Shown here: one piece after another, positions 19,933 to 29,712 of the stretch | Position numbering within the stretch: the first letter of the stretch is position 1 | How the letters are laid out: each line of letters starts with the position of its first letter | Origin: Actinomycetota bacterium | GTDB taxonomy: Bacteria; Actinomycetota; Actinomycetes; Actinomycetales; Microbacteriaceae | Assembly: GCA_041172205.1 (NCBI GenBank) | Contig: JBEDKG010000104.1 | Coordinates: 1-33,355, forward strand | Length of the DNA: 33,355 nucleotides | Direction: 5' to 3' | Notes under the pieces: model-generated | Seen by the model: the letters and a program-made list of their open reading frames with translations, nothing else | The model's database searches: none | What the model was told of the DNA's origin: nothing | Made by a program: the position numbers and the translations under genes

Positions 19933-22530
19933 ATGACCGATAGTCCAAAGCCTACCCTGCTCCTTATTGACGGGCACTCTTTGGCCTTTCGTGCCTTTTA
20001 CGCATTGAGCCCAGACAGCTTTCGAGCACCAAACGGTCAACACACGAATGCGGTGCATGGTTTCATCTCAATGCTTTTGAACATTCTCGGTGCCGAGAAG
20101 CCAACCCACATTGCTGTTGCTTTTGATCTCTCCAGAGAGTCGTTCAGAACAGTTGAGTATCCTGCATATAAGGGCACCAGAGGCGAGACCCCACCAGAGT
20201 TCAACGGTCAAACCGAATTACTTCACGAAACCCAGGCCGCGATGAACATTCGCACGTTCACTCGTGAGAATTATGAAGCCGACGACGTGCTTGCTTCGTT
20301 TGCAGATCAGGCCGCTGATCAGGGTTTCCGCGTGCTGCTCGTGTCCGGAGACCGAGACACCTTCCAGTTAATTCGGCCGGAAACCACAATCCTTTACCCG
20401 GTCAAGGGTGTTCTGAACCTTGCACGAATGGATGACGCAGCCGTCTTCGAAAAGTACGGCATTCACGCAAAGCAGTACCCTGACATGGCGGCTCTGGTCG
20501 GGGAGGCGAGCGACAACCTAATCGGAGTTCCCTCGGTAGGTCCAAAGACTGCGGCCAAATGGATTACCGAGTACGGAAGCCTCGACGGAATTCTTGCCAA
20601 CGCGCATCTAATCGGTGGCAAAGTTGGTGAGCAGCTTCGAGAACACCAGGGTAACGCTGTTCGCAATCGCCGGCTAAATCACCTAGTGCGCGATCTAGAC
20701 CTTGGCGTAGATTTCCAGGACCTCAAATTGGTTGGAGTCAACGAAGCTTCCGTTCGAGAGGTGTTTGCTCGTCTGGGCTTCAAGAGCCTCACCGAGCGTG
20801 TGCTGAAACTCAAGGGTGCAACGGAAGCCTCCAACTCCACTGACGAACCACTGGAGGCTGCCAGTCCGTTTGAAACGTTGGTAGCCCCATCGGTAAAGAA
20901 TTTAGACTCCGATGACCTAGATAGCTGGCTTGGCTCTCGTAAAACGGCTATCGCTGTCGCCTTCGGCGAGACTTTTGGAGCGTATGACGGCACCGAATTG
21001 GTCGAATCCGCGTCGGTCCCGTGGGCCTGGCTTGCGAGTGAAGAACCTAAGGTAATTTTTGATTCGAAGAATCGCCTACGCGATGCTCTTACCGCCGGTT
21101 TCGAGCTACGCGGTGTTATTGCCGACCCTCTGCTTGAAACCTATTTGATTGACCCGCTTCGTCGCGATTACTCCCTTCTGAAGATTTGTGAAGACCTTCT
21201 AGGCTTCATCCCTGAAGCACCTGAGTCTGTAACTCAAGCACTGCTTGCTTGGTTGACTCAGCTTTTGCACGAAAACCTGGTGCCAAAGCTTGAAGCCACC
21301 GAACAACTCAGCGTTCTCAACGAAATTGAACTACCGACTTCTCGCACCTTAGGGCACATGGAGAACCTAGGGGTCAGCGTTGACGGCTCTCGCCTGGAGG
21401 TGCTGTCTCAGGAACTCGGCGAGCGCATCGCGCAAGTTCAGGCGGAAGCATTTGCCATCATCGGTAAAGAGATCAATCTAAGTTCTCCAAAGCAATTGCA
21501 AACGGTCTTATTTGAAGATTTGGGCATGACCGGCACCAAGTCTGTGAAGACTGGTTTCTCAACGAATGCGGAATCACTTGCCACGCTGTTTGAACAAACT
21601 GGCCACCCATTCCTTGAAAAGCTTCTGGAACACCGTGAAGTCACCAAAATGCGCCAGATGGTGGAAATCATTGTCAAGGGCATTGCCGCCGACGGCCGAG
21701 TTCACACCAGCTATGTACAGACTGGCACCTCTACCGGTCGTCTTTCTTCCGAGAACCCAAACCTTCAAAACATTCCTATTAAGAGCGAAATCAGCAAAAC
21801 AATTCGCGATTGCTTCCGCGTGGGTGAAGGCTTTGAAACTTTACTTACCGCCGACTATTCGCAAATTGAAATGCGAATCATGGCTCACCTGTCAGGCGAT
21901 GACGGCCTTATCGAGGCGTTCAATGCAGGGGAGGACCTACACCGTTTTGTTGGTGCCCGCGTCTTTGGAGTAACTCCTGCCGAGGTAACGCCAGCCATGC
22001 GCTCAAAGGTGAAGGCTATGAGTTATGGTCTGGTCTACGGTTTGAGTGAGTACGGTCTCGCCAAGCAGCTAAAGATCAGCAATGGTGAAGCTAAACAACT
22101 AATGAACGATTACTTCGACCGATTCGGTGGCGTACGCACCTATCTCGCATCTGTGGTCGATGGAGCCAAACTCAACGGCTACACCGTAACTACCTTCGGC
22201 CGCCGCCGTCCTTTTGATGACCTGAAGTCTCCAATCTTCCAAATCCGTGAGAATGCTAGGCGCGCGGCGCTAAATGCGCCAATTCAGGGCACTGCAGCCG
22301 ACATCATGAAACTTGCCATGATCCAGATTGACCAAAAGATGCAGGAAGGCAATTTCAAGAGCCGAATGCTTCTCCAGGTTCACGACGAATTGGTGTTTGA
22401 AGTGGCGGCAGGGGAGTTGGATTCACTTCGAGAGCTTGTGGTCGGTCAGATGCAGCATGTTGTGAAACTGAGCGTGCCTCTGGACGTCCATGTCGGAGTA
22501 GGAAAAACGTGGGAAACTGCCGGCCACTAG
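19933..22530 (+). CDS. polA: DNA polymerase I
   Basis: 5'-3' exonuclease motifs LLIDGHSLAFRA, EADD and SGDRD; polymerase motifs TGRLSS, ADYSQIEMR, KAMSYGLVYG, NAPIQGTAAD and QVHDEL. Confidence 0.98.
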   Translation: MTDSPKPTLLLIDGHSLAFRAFYALSPDSFRAPNGQHTNAVHGFISMLLNILGAEKPTHIAVAFDLSRESFRTVEYPAYKGTRGETPPEFNGQTELLHETQAAMNIRTFTRENYEADDVLASFADQAADQGFRVLLVSGDRDTFQLIRPETTILYPVKGVLNLARMDDAAVFEKYGIHAKQYPDMAALVGEASDNLIGVPSVGPKTAAKWITEYGSLDGILANAHLIGGKVGEQLREHQGNAVRNRRLNHLVRDLDLGVDFQDLKLVGVNEASVREVFARLGFKSLTERVLKLKGATEASNSTDEPLEAASPFETLVAPSVKNLDSDDLDSWLGSRKTAIAVAFGETFGAYDGTELVESASVPWAWLASEEPKVIFDSKNRLRDALTAGFELRGVIADPLLETYLIDPLRRDYSLLKICEDLLGFIPEAPESVTQALLAWLTQLLHENLVPKLEATEQLSVLNEIELPTSRTLGHMENLGVSVDGSRLEVLSQELGERIAQVQAEAFAIIGKEINLSSPKQLQTVLFEDLGMTGTKSVKTGFSTNAESLATLFEQTGHPFLEKLLEHREVTKMRQMVEIIVKGIAADGRVHTSYVQTGTSTGRLSSENPNLQNIPIKSEISKTIRDCFRVGEGFETLLTADYSQIEMRIMAHLSGDDGLIEAFNAGEDLHRFVGARVFGVTPAEVTPAMRSKVKAMSYGLVYGLSEYGLAKQLKISNGEAKQLMNDYFDRFGGVRTYLASVVDGAKLNGYTVTTFGRRRPFDDLKSPIFQIRENARRAALNAPIQGTAADIMKLAMIQIDQKMQEGNFKSRMLLQVHDELVFEVAAGELDSLRELVVGQMQHVVKLSVPLDVHVGVGKTWETAGH

Positions 22531-22533
22531 CGA

Positions 22534-22562
22534 TTGCCCTGTTTGCAATTAGGCATTAGGCT
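22534..22562 (+). promoter_or_regulatory. Putative sigma-A promoter of rpsA
   Basis: TTGCCC (22534-22539), a 17-nt spacer, then TAGGCT (22557-22562). Confidence 0.65.
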
Positions 22563-22568
22563 GGTAGA

Positions 22569-22651
22569 AGTGCTGTTTGGCACTAATCCTTATCCATCGC
22601 TTGAACGGGAAACTGTTTAAGCCTGAGCATGTCCGTTGAGTAAAACAAAAT
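22569..22651 (+). promoter_or_regulatory. Structured, SD-less rpsA 5' leader
   Basis: Hairpin AGTGC..GCACT at 22569-22584; 10-bp GNRA-capped hairpin GCTTGAACGG-GAAA-CTGTTTAAGC at 22599-22622; A-rich stretch before the ATG. Confidence 0.55.
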
Positions 22652-24112
22652 ATGACTAACACCCCAAAGGCTGTCAAGCAGGTAGCCGTTAACGACATTG
22701 GTTCTGCTGAAGACTTTCTAGCAGCTGTCGAAAAAACCCTAAAATTCTTCAACGATGGCGACCTAATCGCCGGTACCGTTGTCAAGATTGACCGCGACGA
22801 GGTTCTACTCGACGTTGGTTACAAGACCGAAGGTGTAATCCCTTCTCGTGAGCTTTCAATCCGCCACGACGCAGACCCAAGCGACATTGTTGCTGTTGGT
22901 GACTCAATCGAAGCCCTTGTTCTTCAGAAGGAAGACAAAGAAGGCCGCCTAATCCTTTCCAAGAAGCGTGCACAGTACGAGCGCGCATGGGGCGATGTTG
23001 AGAAGGTTAAGAACGAAGATGGCACCGTTGAAGGTACCGTTATCGAAGTTGTTAAGGGTGGTCTAATCGTTGACATCGGTCTACGTGGATTCCTTCCTGC
23101 CTCTCTAATCGAACTACGCCGTGTTCGCGACCTAGGTCCATACCTAGGCCAGAAGGTTGAAGCCAAGATTCTTGAGCTAGACAAGAACCGCAACAACGTT
23201 GTTCTTTCTCGCCGCGCACTTCTTGAGGAGAGCCAGGCTGCTGGCCGCACCACCTTCCTTGCTGACCTTGCAAAGGGACAGATCCGTACCGGTGTGGTTT
23301 CTTCGATCGTCAACTTCGGTGCATTCATCGATCTTGGTGGCGTAGACGGTCTAGTGCACGTTTCTGAGCTTTCATGGAAGCACATCGAACACGCTTCTGA
23401 GGTTGTTGAAATTGGCCAGGAAGTAACTGTTGAGGTTCTAGAAGTCGACCAGGACCGCGAGCGTGTATCGCTTTCGCTCAAGGCAACTCAGGAAGACCCA
23501 TGGCAGGTATTTGCTCGTACCCACGCAATCGGACAGTACGCTCCAGGTAAGGTCACCAAGTTGGTTCCTTTCGGTGCATTCGTTCGCGTTGCCGACGGCA
23601 TCGAGGGTCTAGTTCACATCAGCGAACTTTCGGCTAAGCACATTGAGCTAGCTGAGCAGGTTGTCTCGGTAAACCAGGACGTATTCGTCAAGGTCATCGA
23701 CATCGACCTAGAGCGTCGCCGCATTTCACTATCGCTAAAGCAGGCTAACGAAGAGGTTGACCCAGAGGGCACCGAATTCAACCCAGCACTTTACGGTATG
23801 GCTGCTGACTACGATGACGCCGGCCAGTACAAGTACCCAGAAGGTTTCGACTCAACCACCAACGAGTGGAAGCCTGGCTACGAGGAAGCTCGCGCCAAGT
23901 GGGAGAAGGAATACGCAGAAGCTCACGCCCGTTGGGAAGAACACAAGCGTCAGGTCAAGGCTGCCAACGAGCTAGCTGCAACCCTTCCAGACACCGCTCC
24001 TGCTGGCGACAGCAACGCAAGCTACTCGAGCGAAGGCAACGCCGACGCAGGTACTCTTGCTGCCGACGAATCGCTTGCAGCGCTTCGCGACAAGCTAAAG
24101 AGCGCCGAGTAA
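22652..24112 (+). CDS. rpsA: 30S ribosomal protein S1 (four S1 domains plus actinobacterial C-terminal tail)
   Basis: Repeated S1 motifs (FGAFIDLGGVDGLVHVSEL, FGAFVRVADGIEGLVHISEL), YKYPEGFD and LAALRDKL. Confidence 0.98.
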   Translation: MTNTPKAVKQVAVNDIGSAEDFLAAVEKTLKFFNDGDLIAGTVVKIDRDEVLLDVGYKTEGVIPSRELSIRHDADPSDIVAVGDSIEALVLQKEDKEGRLILSKKRAQYERAWGDVEKVKNEDGTVEGTVIEVVKGGLIVDIGLRGFLPASLIELRRVRDLGPYLGQKVEAKILELDKNRNNVVLSRRALLEESQAAGRTTFLADLAKGQIRTGVVSSIVNFGAFIDLGGVDGLVHVSELSWKHIEHASEVVEIGQEVTVEVLEVDQDRERVSLSLKATQEDPWQVFARTHAIGQYAPGKVTKLVPFGAFVRVADGIEGLVHISELSAKHIELAEQVVSVNQDVFVKVIDIDLERRRISLSLKQANEEVDPEGTEFNPALYGMAADYDDAGQYKYPEGFDSTTNEWKPGYEEARAKWEKEYAEAHARWEEHKRQVKAANELAATLPDTAPAGDSNASYSSEGNADAGTLAADESLAALRDKLKSAE

Positions 24113-24125
24113 CATCATCTGAAAA

Positions 24126-24164
24126 ACTTTGGGCCGATCCTTATTGGGTCGGCCCAAAGTCTTT
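24126..24164 (+). terminator. Intrinsic terminator after rpsA
   Basis: 15-bp stem ACTTTGGGCCGATCC / GGGTCGGCCCAAAGT (one G-U pair), 5-nt loop, followed by CTTT. Confidence 0.8.
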
Positions 24165-24179
24165 AACTAGGCTGGTCAT

Positions 24180-24797
24180 ATGTTTTTAGTTGGGCTTACG
24201 GGTGGCATTGCCGCTGGTAAAAGCACCGTGGCCGAGCTATGGGCGTCGTTGGGTGCTGAAGTTATTGACGCCGATGACCTAGCCCGTCGAGTTGTTGAAC
24301 CTGGTTCAGAAGGTTTGGGGCAGATCGTTGAAACCTTTGGCGCCAAAGTTTTGAACCCGGATGGCACTCTAAATCGAGGCGAACTTGCCAAGCTCGTTTT
24401 CCATGACTTCGCTCTCCGAAAGAAGCTTGAGTCAATTACGCACCCGCTCATTCGAGACTTGGCGCAGGGGCTTATCAACAATTCACATGCCGACATCGTG
24501 GTTTACGTGATTCCCCTGCTGGTCGAGAGTAAGTCGGATCTTGATTTTGACTATGTTGTCACTGTTGAAGCACCTCAGCCAGATCAACTTCAACGCATGG
24601 TCGAGAATCGCGGTATGTCAGAGGAAGAGTCGCTTGCCAGAATAAAGGCGCAGGCCACACCTGCCGAACGCGCCAATGTTGCAGACCGGATTCTGAGCTC
24701 CAACCAGTCTTTGTCGTTACTTCTGAACGATGCGAAGGTCCTTTTCAAAGACATTGAGCGAATGGCAAAAGAAAAGGCGCAGAATAATGTCGGTTGA
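24180..24797 (+). CDS. coaE: Dephospho-CoA kinase
   Basis: [15 protein letters not shown]-loop, [17 protein letters not shown] and IPLLVE motifs. Confidence 0.96.
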   Translation: MFLVGLTGGIAAGKSTVAELWASLGAEVIDADDLARRVVEPGSEGLGQIVETFGAKVLNPDGTLNRGELAKLVFHDFALRKKLESITHPLIRDLAQGLINNSHADIVVYVIPLLVESKSDLDFDYVVTVEAPQPDQLQRMVENRGMSEEESLARIKAQATPAERANVADRILSSNQSLSLLLNDAKVLFKDIERMAKEKAQNNVG

Positions 24798-26838
24798 AGC
24801 CAAGCGTCAGGTTTTCCCATTTGAGGTTATAAGCGAGTACAAGCCATCTGGTGACCAGCCAACCGCTATTGCAGAACTCACAGCACGGCTAAACGCCGGC
24901 GAGAAGGACATCGTACTGCTAGGAGCCACAGGTACCGGAAAATCTGCCACAACTGCCTGGCTGATTGAACAAGTCCAGCGGCCAACTCTGGTGCTTGCGC
25001 ACAATAAGACCCTGGCCGCCCAACTGGTTAACGAATTTCGCGAACTACTTCCAAACAACGCGGTTGAGTACTTCGTTAGTTACTACGACTATTACCAGCC
25101 AGAGGCGTATGTTCCTCAGACTGACACTTTTATCGAAAAGGACTCTTCAATCAACGAAGAGGTAGAACGACTTCGCTACAAAGCCACTATGAGTCTTTTG
25201 TCCAGACGCGATGTCGTCGTAGTTTCAACGGTTTCATGCATCTATGGTCTTGGTGCTCCAGCCGAATACCTAAATCAATCTGTTTCGCTTCAGGTTGGAG
25301 ATCGAATCGACCGAGACGACCTGATTCGTAAGTTCGTAGATCTTCAATACAAGCGAAATGATTTCGACTTCTCCCGAGGCAACTTCCGTGTGAAGGGCGA
25401 CACGGTTGAGATCATTCCGGTCTACGATGAGCTCGCCACTCGAATTGAATTCTTCGGTGACGAAATTGAGGCTATCTACTCGCTCTCGGCTCTAACCGGT
25501 GAAATCGTTGCCACGGTGCCACACGTGGCCATTTTCCCAGCCAGTTATTACGTTGCTCCGCCGGAGCAGATGGGTAGAGCGATTGAGGCGATTGAAGATG
25601 AACTTGCTGCACGTCTCAAAGAATTAGAGGGACAAGGCAAACTCCTTGAGGCTCAGCGACTCAAAATGCGCACCACCTTTGACCTGGAAATGATTCGGGA
25701 GCTTGGTTTTTGCTCAGGTATTGAAAACTATTCACGCCACATTGACGGACGTGAGCAGGGGAGTGCTCCTAGTTGCCTACTTGATTTCTTCCCTGACGAC
25801 TTCTTGATGGTCATCGACGAATCGCACGTGACCGTACCTCAAATTGGCGCCATGTATGAAGGCGATTCGAGTCGCAAGAGAACCCTCGTCGAACACGGCT
25901 TTAGGCTCCCATCGGCGCTTGATAACCGTCCACTCAAATTCTCAGAGTTTGAGGAAAGGGTTGGGCAGACTGTCTATCTTTCGGCAACCCCTGGAAAGTA
26001 CGAACTCGCACGCGGTGATGGCTTCGTCGAACAAATCATTCGACCAACCGGACTTGTCGACCCAAAGATTGTAATCAAGCCAATCAAGGGTCAGGTAGAT
26101 GATCTACTTGAAGAGATTCGTATTCGAGCTGGCAAAGACGAGCGCGTTCTGGTTACCACTCTTACCAAGAAGATGGCCGAGGACTTAACCGAGTTCTTCA
26201 CCGAGGCAGGCGTCCGAGTGCGATACCTGCACAGCGATGTCGATACCCTGAGGCGTGTTGAACTCCTGACCGAGCTACGTGCGGGTGTTTACGACGTACT
26301 GGTAGGTATCAACCTCCTTCGCGAAGGTCTTGACCTTCCAGAAGTCTCACTGGTTGCAATTCTTGACGCCGACAAGCAAGGCTTCCTTCGCTCTGCCACT
26401 TCATTGATTCAGACGATCGGTCGAGCCGCACGAAACGTTAACGGCGAAGTTCACATGTACGCCGACAAGCTCACCCCAGCGATGGAACAGGCAATCGATG
26501 AGACCGATCGACGCCGTGCTAAACAAGTTGCCTACAACACGCTTCACGGCGTAGACCCGCAACCGCTAAGAAAGAAGATCGCAGACCTAACCGATCAAAT
26601 TCACCGCGAAGAGGTCGACACCGCCACTTTGGTTGAATCACTGCGGGCTGGTAAGAGCAAGGGCAAGGCAAGAAACGGTAAAACCAAGGATGTCGACGAA
26701 TTGGTAAACACCGTATTGGAATTGGAAGCCGAAATGCGCCAGGCGGCGGCCGAACTTCAGTTTGAACTAGCGGCACGATTGCGTGATGAAGTTTCAGATT
26801 TGAAACGAGTGCTCCGCGACTTCGACACCCACGCCTAA
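24787..26838 (+). CDS. uvrB: Excinuclease ABC subunit B
   Basis: [43 protein letters not shown] and QTIGRAARN motifs, with a C-terminal UVR domain. Start placed at ATG 24787, overlapping the coaE end. Confidence 0.98.
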   Translation: MSVEAKRQVFPFEVISEYKPSGDQPTAIAELTARLNAGEKDIVLLGATGTGKSATTAWLIEQVQRPTLVLAHNKTLAAQLVNEFRELLPNNAVEYFVSYYDYYQPEAYVPQTDTFIEKDSSINEEVERLRYKATMSLLSRRDVVVVSTVSCIYGLGAPAEYLNQSVSLQVGDRIDRDDLIRKFVDLQYKRNDFDFSRGNFRVKGDTVEIIPVYDELATRIEFFGDEIEAIYSLSALTGEIVATVPHVAIFPASYYVAPPEQMGRAIEAIEDELAARLKELEGQGKLLEAQRLKMRTTFDLEMIRELGFCSGIENYSRHIDGREQGSAPSCLLDFFPDDFLMVIDESHVTVPQIGAMYEGDSSRKRTLVEHGFRLPSALDNRPLKFSEFEERVGQTVYLSATPGKYELARGDGFVEQIIRPTGLVDPKIVIKPIKGQVDDLLEEIRIRAGKDERVLVTTLTKKMAEDLTEFFTEAGVRVRYLHSDVDTLRRVELLTELRAGVYDVLVGINLLREGLDLPEVSLVAILDADKQGFLRSATSLIQTIGRAARNVNGEVHMYADKLTPAMEQAIDETDRRRAKQVAYNTLHGVDPQPLRKKIADLTDQIHREEVDTATLVESLRAGKSKGKARNGKTKDVDELVNTVLELEAEMRQAAAELQFELAARLRDEVSDLKRVLRDFDTHA

Positions 26839-26854
26839 GAATTAGACTTCTAAG

Positions 26855-29707
26855 GTGAGTCAACTAAACGCCGAAAACAAACTGCACGTAAAAGGTGCCA
26901 GGGTCCACAATCTTAAGAACATTGATTTGGAAATTCCTCGCGACTCACTCGTTGTCTTTACCGGATTGAGCGGCTCTGGAAAGTCATCCTTAGCTTTCGA
27001 CACAATCTTTGCTGAAGGTCAGCGTCGTTACGTTGAATCACTTTCGGCCTACGCGCGTCAGTTCCTCGGCCAAGTAGATCGCCCAGATGTTGACTTCATC
27101 GAAGGACTTTCGCCGGCTGTATCAATCGACCAAAAATCTACAAACCGTAATCCTCGCTCAACTGTTGGAACAATCACTGAAATCCACGACTACCTAAGAC
27201 TTTTGTGGGCTCGTATCGGTGTTCCTCACTGTGCCGAGTGTGGCGAGAAGATCGTCAAGCAAACCCCGCAGCAGATTGTGGACCAGCTACTGGAACTGCC
27301 GGAAGGAACCCGCTTCCAAATCTTGGCTCCGATTGTCACGCAGAAGAAGGGTGAATTCGTCGACCTTTTCTCGTCGCTGACGAGTCAGGGCTTCTCCCGC
27401 GTGACCGTTGACGGAGAAACAATCCAACTGGCCGATGCAAAACCTCTCAAGAAGACTTTCAAACACGACATTTCAGTAGTAGTGGACCGGCTTGTATCCA
27501 AATCCGACATTGTTCAAAGACTTACCGATTCGGTGGAGACAGCGCTGAAACTAGCCGGCGGACGCTTGATTTTGGACCTCGTAGATGAAAAGGGTTCAGA
27601 TTCAAAACGCAGTTTCAGCGAGAAGATGTCTTGCCCAAACGAACACGAGTTGACGCTCACCGAAATCGAACCACGCACCTTTTCCTTCAACGCACCATTC
27701 GGAGCTTGCGTTGCTTGCAGCGGTCTCGGCACCAAGATGGCTGTTGAACCGGAACTTGTTATCGGAGATCCAAGTGCCAGCATCAACGAAGGCGTTCTGC
27801 TTCCTTGGTCAACGCCAGGTAAGGGGCTCTACGGATTCTTTACGCGAATTCTAACCAGCCTCGCCGAGGAACTTGAGTTCTCGCTAGATGCACCTTGGAA
27901 TACGCTCAGCGAGGATGTTCGAGAGGCTGTTCTTCACGGAAACAACTTCGACGTGAAGGTGAAGTGGAAGAACAAGTACGGTCGTGAACTTCGTTATACC
28001 TCTGGCTTTGAAGGTGTACTCACCTACATTGAACGCAAGTGGCTAGAAAGCGAAAACGATTTCCAACGAGGACGTTGGTCCGGTTTCCTTCGCGAAATCC
28101 CGTGTGCCGCTTGTGGTGGCTCTCGTCTCAAGCCGGAAGTGCTCGCAGTAAAGGTTCACGGAAGCTCTATCGCCGACGTAGCAAGTTTGAGTCTCAGAGA
28201 CTGCAGTGCTTTTTTCACAAACCTCAAGCTAGACGAGCGTGAAGGAAAAATCGCTGCCCAAGTACTTCGCGAAATCCAAGCCCGCCTGGTCTTCCTGCTC
28301 AATGTTGGACTCGATTATCTAAGTCTTGAACGTGCAGCTGGCACGCTGAGTGGCGGTGAGGCGCAAAGAATCCGCCTTGCTACCCAAATTGGATCCGGGC
28401 TTACCGGAGTTCTTTATGTTCTAGACGAACCTTCAATCGGTCTTCACCAGCGCGACAACCGCAGACTGATTGAAACCTTGATCAAACTTCGCGATCTCGG
28501 CAACACGCTCGTTGTTGTTGAACACGATGAAGACACGATTCGGGCATCCGACTGGGTTGTCGACATCGGACCTGGAGCCGGTGTTCACGGAGGAGAAGTA
28601 GTTCACTCCGGTACATATAAAGAAATCTTGACCAACAAGAACTCAGTAACCGGCGCATATCTCTCCGGTCGCATGAAGATCGAGGTTCCAGCAACTCGTC
28701 GACCAATCGATCCAAAGCGCAAGCTGAAAGTTGTTGGCGCCAGGGAAAACAATCTAAAGAATGTTGACACCGAATTTCCGCTCGGAGTACTGACTGCAGT
28801 TACCGGAGTGAGCGGCTCAGGAAAGTCATCTCTTGTAAACGACATCCTCTACCAAGTCCTCGCTAACGGACTGAATGGGGCCAAGGGTGTTCCTGGTAAG
28901 CACACCAGAATTGAAGGTCTTGAGCACCTCGACAAGGTAGTTCACGTTGACCAGGCTCCAATCGGGCGTACACCGAGGTCAAACCCAGCCACGTACACCG
29001 GCGTCTTTGACCACATACGAAAGCTGTTCGCCGAAACAACCGAAGCTAAGGTACGCGGTTACCAGCAGGGAAGATTCTCTTTCAACGTGAAGGGCGGTCG
29101 CTGCGAAGCATGTAGCGGCGATGGCACGCTTCGCATCGAAATGAACTTCCTTCCCGACGTCTACGTTGCTTGCGAAGTTTGTCATGGAGAGCGTTACAAC
29201 CGCGAGACCCTGCAGGTTCGCTACAAGGGCAAGAACATCTCCGAAGTATTGGAGATGCCAATCGCCGAAGCAGCTGAGTTCTTTGCCCCAGTTTCGGCTA
29301 TCGCCAGATACCTCGACACGCTGGTTTCGGTTGGTCTTGGTTACGTTCGTTTAGGGCAGTCGGCTACAACACTTTCCGGCGGTGAAGCACAGCGCGTTAA
29401 GTTGGCAACAGAACTTCAAAAGCGCAGCAATGGTCGCTCAATTTACGTCCTAGATGAACCAACTACGGGTCTTCACTTTGAAGACACCCGCAAGTTACTC
29501 GAAGTTCTAAATAGCTTGGTCGATAAAGGCAACACCGTTATCGTCATCGAGCACAACCTTGATGTGATCAAGTGTGCCGACTGGCTGATTGACATGGGTC
29601 CAGAGGGCGGCGCCGGAGGTGGCTTAGTTATTGCAGAGGGTACGCCTGAGCAAGTATCTAAGATGACTCAGAGCTTTACAGGCGGATTCCTGAAAGAACT
29701 TCTCTAA
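26855..29707 (+). CDS. uvrA: Excinuclease ABC subunit A
   Basis: Two ABC modules ([24 protein letters not shown] twice, LDEP twice), CxxC zinc fingers and [14 protein letters not shown] start. Confidence 0.98.
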   Translation: MSQLNAENKLHVKGARVHNLKNIDLEIPRDSLVVFTGLSGSGKSSLAFDTIFAEGQRRYVESLSAYARQFLGQVDRPDVDFIEGLSPAVSIDQKSTNRNPRSTVGTITEIHDYLRLLWARIGVPHCAECGEKIVKQTPQQIVDQLLELPEGTRFQILAPIVTQKKGEFVDLFSSLTSQGFSRVTVDGETIQLADAKPLKKTFKHDISVVVDRLVSKSDIVQRLTDSVETALKLAGGRLILDLVDEKGSDSKRSFSEKMSCPNEHELTLTEIEPRTFSFNAPFGACVACSGLGTKMAVEPELVIGDPSASINEGVLLPWSTPGKGLYGFFTRILTSLAEELEFSLDAPWNTLSEDVREAVLHGNNFDVKVKWKNKYGRELRYTSGFEGVLTYIERKWLESENDFQRGRWSGFLREIPCAACGGSRLKPEVLAVKVHGSSIADVASLSLRDCSAFFTNLKLDEREGKIAAQVLREIQARLVFLLNVGLDYLSLERAAGTLSGGEAQRIRLATQIGSGLTGVLYVLDEPSIGLHQRDNRRLIETLIKLRDLGNTLVVVEHDEDTIRASDWVVDIGPGAGVHGGEVVHSGTYKEILTNKNSVTGAYLSGRMKIEVPATRRPIDPKRKLKVVGARENNLKNVDTEFPLGVLTAVTGVSGSGKSSLVNDILYQVLANGLNGAKGVPGKHTRIEGLEHLDKVVHVDQAPIGRTPRSNPATYTGVFDHIRKLFAETTEAKVRGYQQGRFSFNVKGGRCEACSGDGTLRIEMNFLPDVYVACEVCHGERYNRETLQVRYKGKNISEVLEMPIAEAAEFFAPVSAIARYLDTLVSVGLGYVRLGQSATTLSGGEAQRVKLATELQKRSNGRSIYVLDEPTTGLHFEDTRKLLEVLNSLVDKGNTVIVIEHNLDVIKCADWLIDMGPEGGAGGGLVIAEGTPEQVSKMTQSFTGGFLKELL

Positions 29708-29712
29708 CCAAA

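Noticed and set aside
22924-23481. 185-aa antisense ORF in rpsA and similar Ser/Thr/Arg-rich antisense ORFs in pyk, gltB and uvrA
   Set aside because: Shadow frames caused by the codon bias of the sense gene; no RBS or recognisable motifs.
24788-24809. TGTCGG at the uvrB start as a possible PafBC-type promoter
   Set aside because: There is no TANNNT 10 nt downstream, and it lies inside the coding start.
26824-26828. GACAC upstream of uvrA
   Set aside because: It lies in uvrB Asp-Thr codons, and a 5-mer is expected often by chance.
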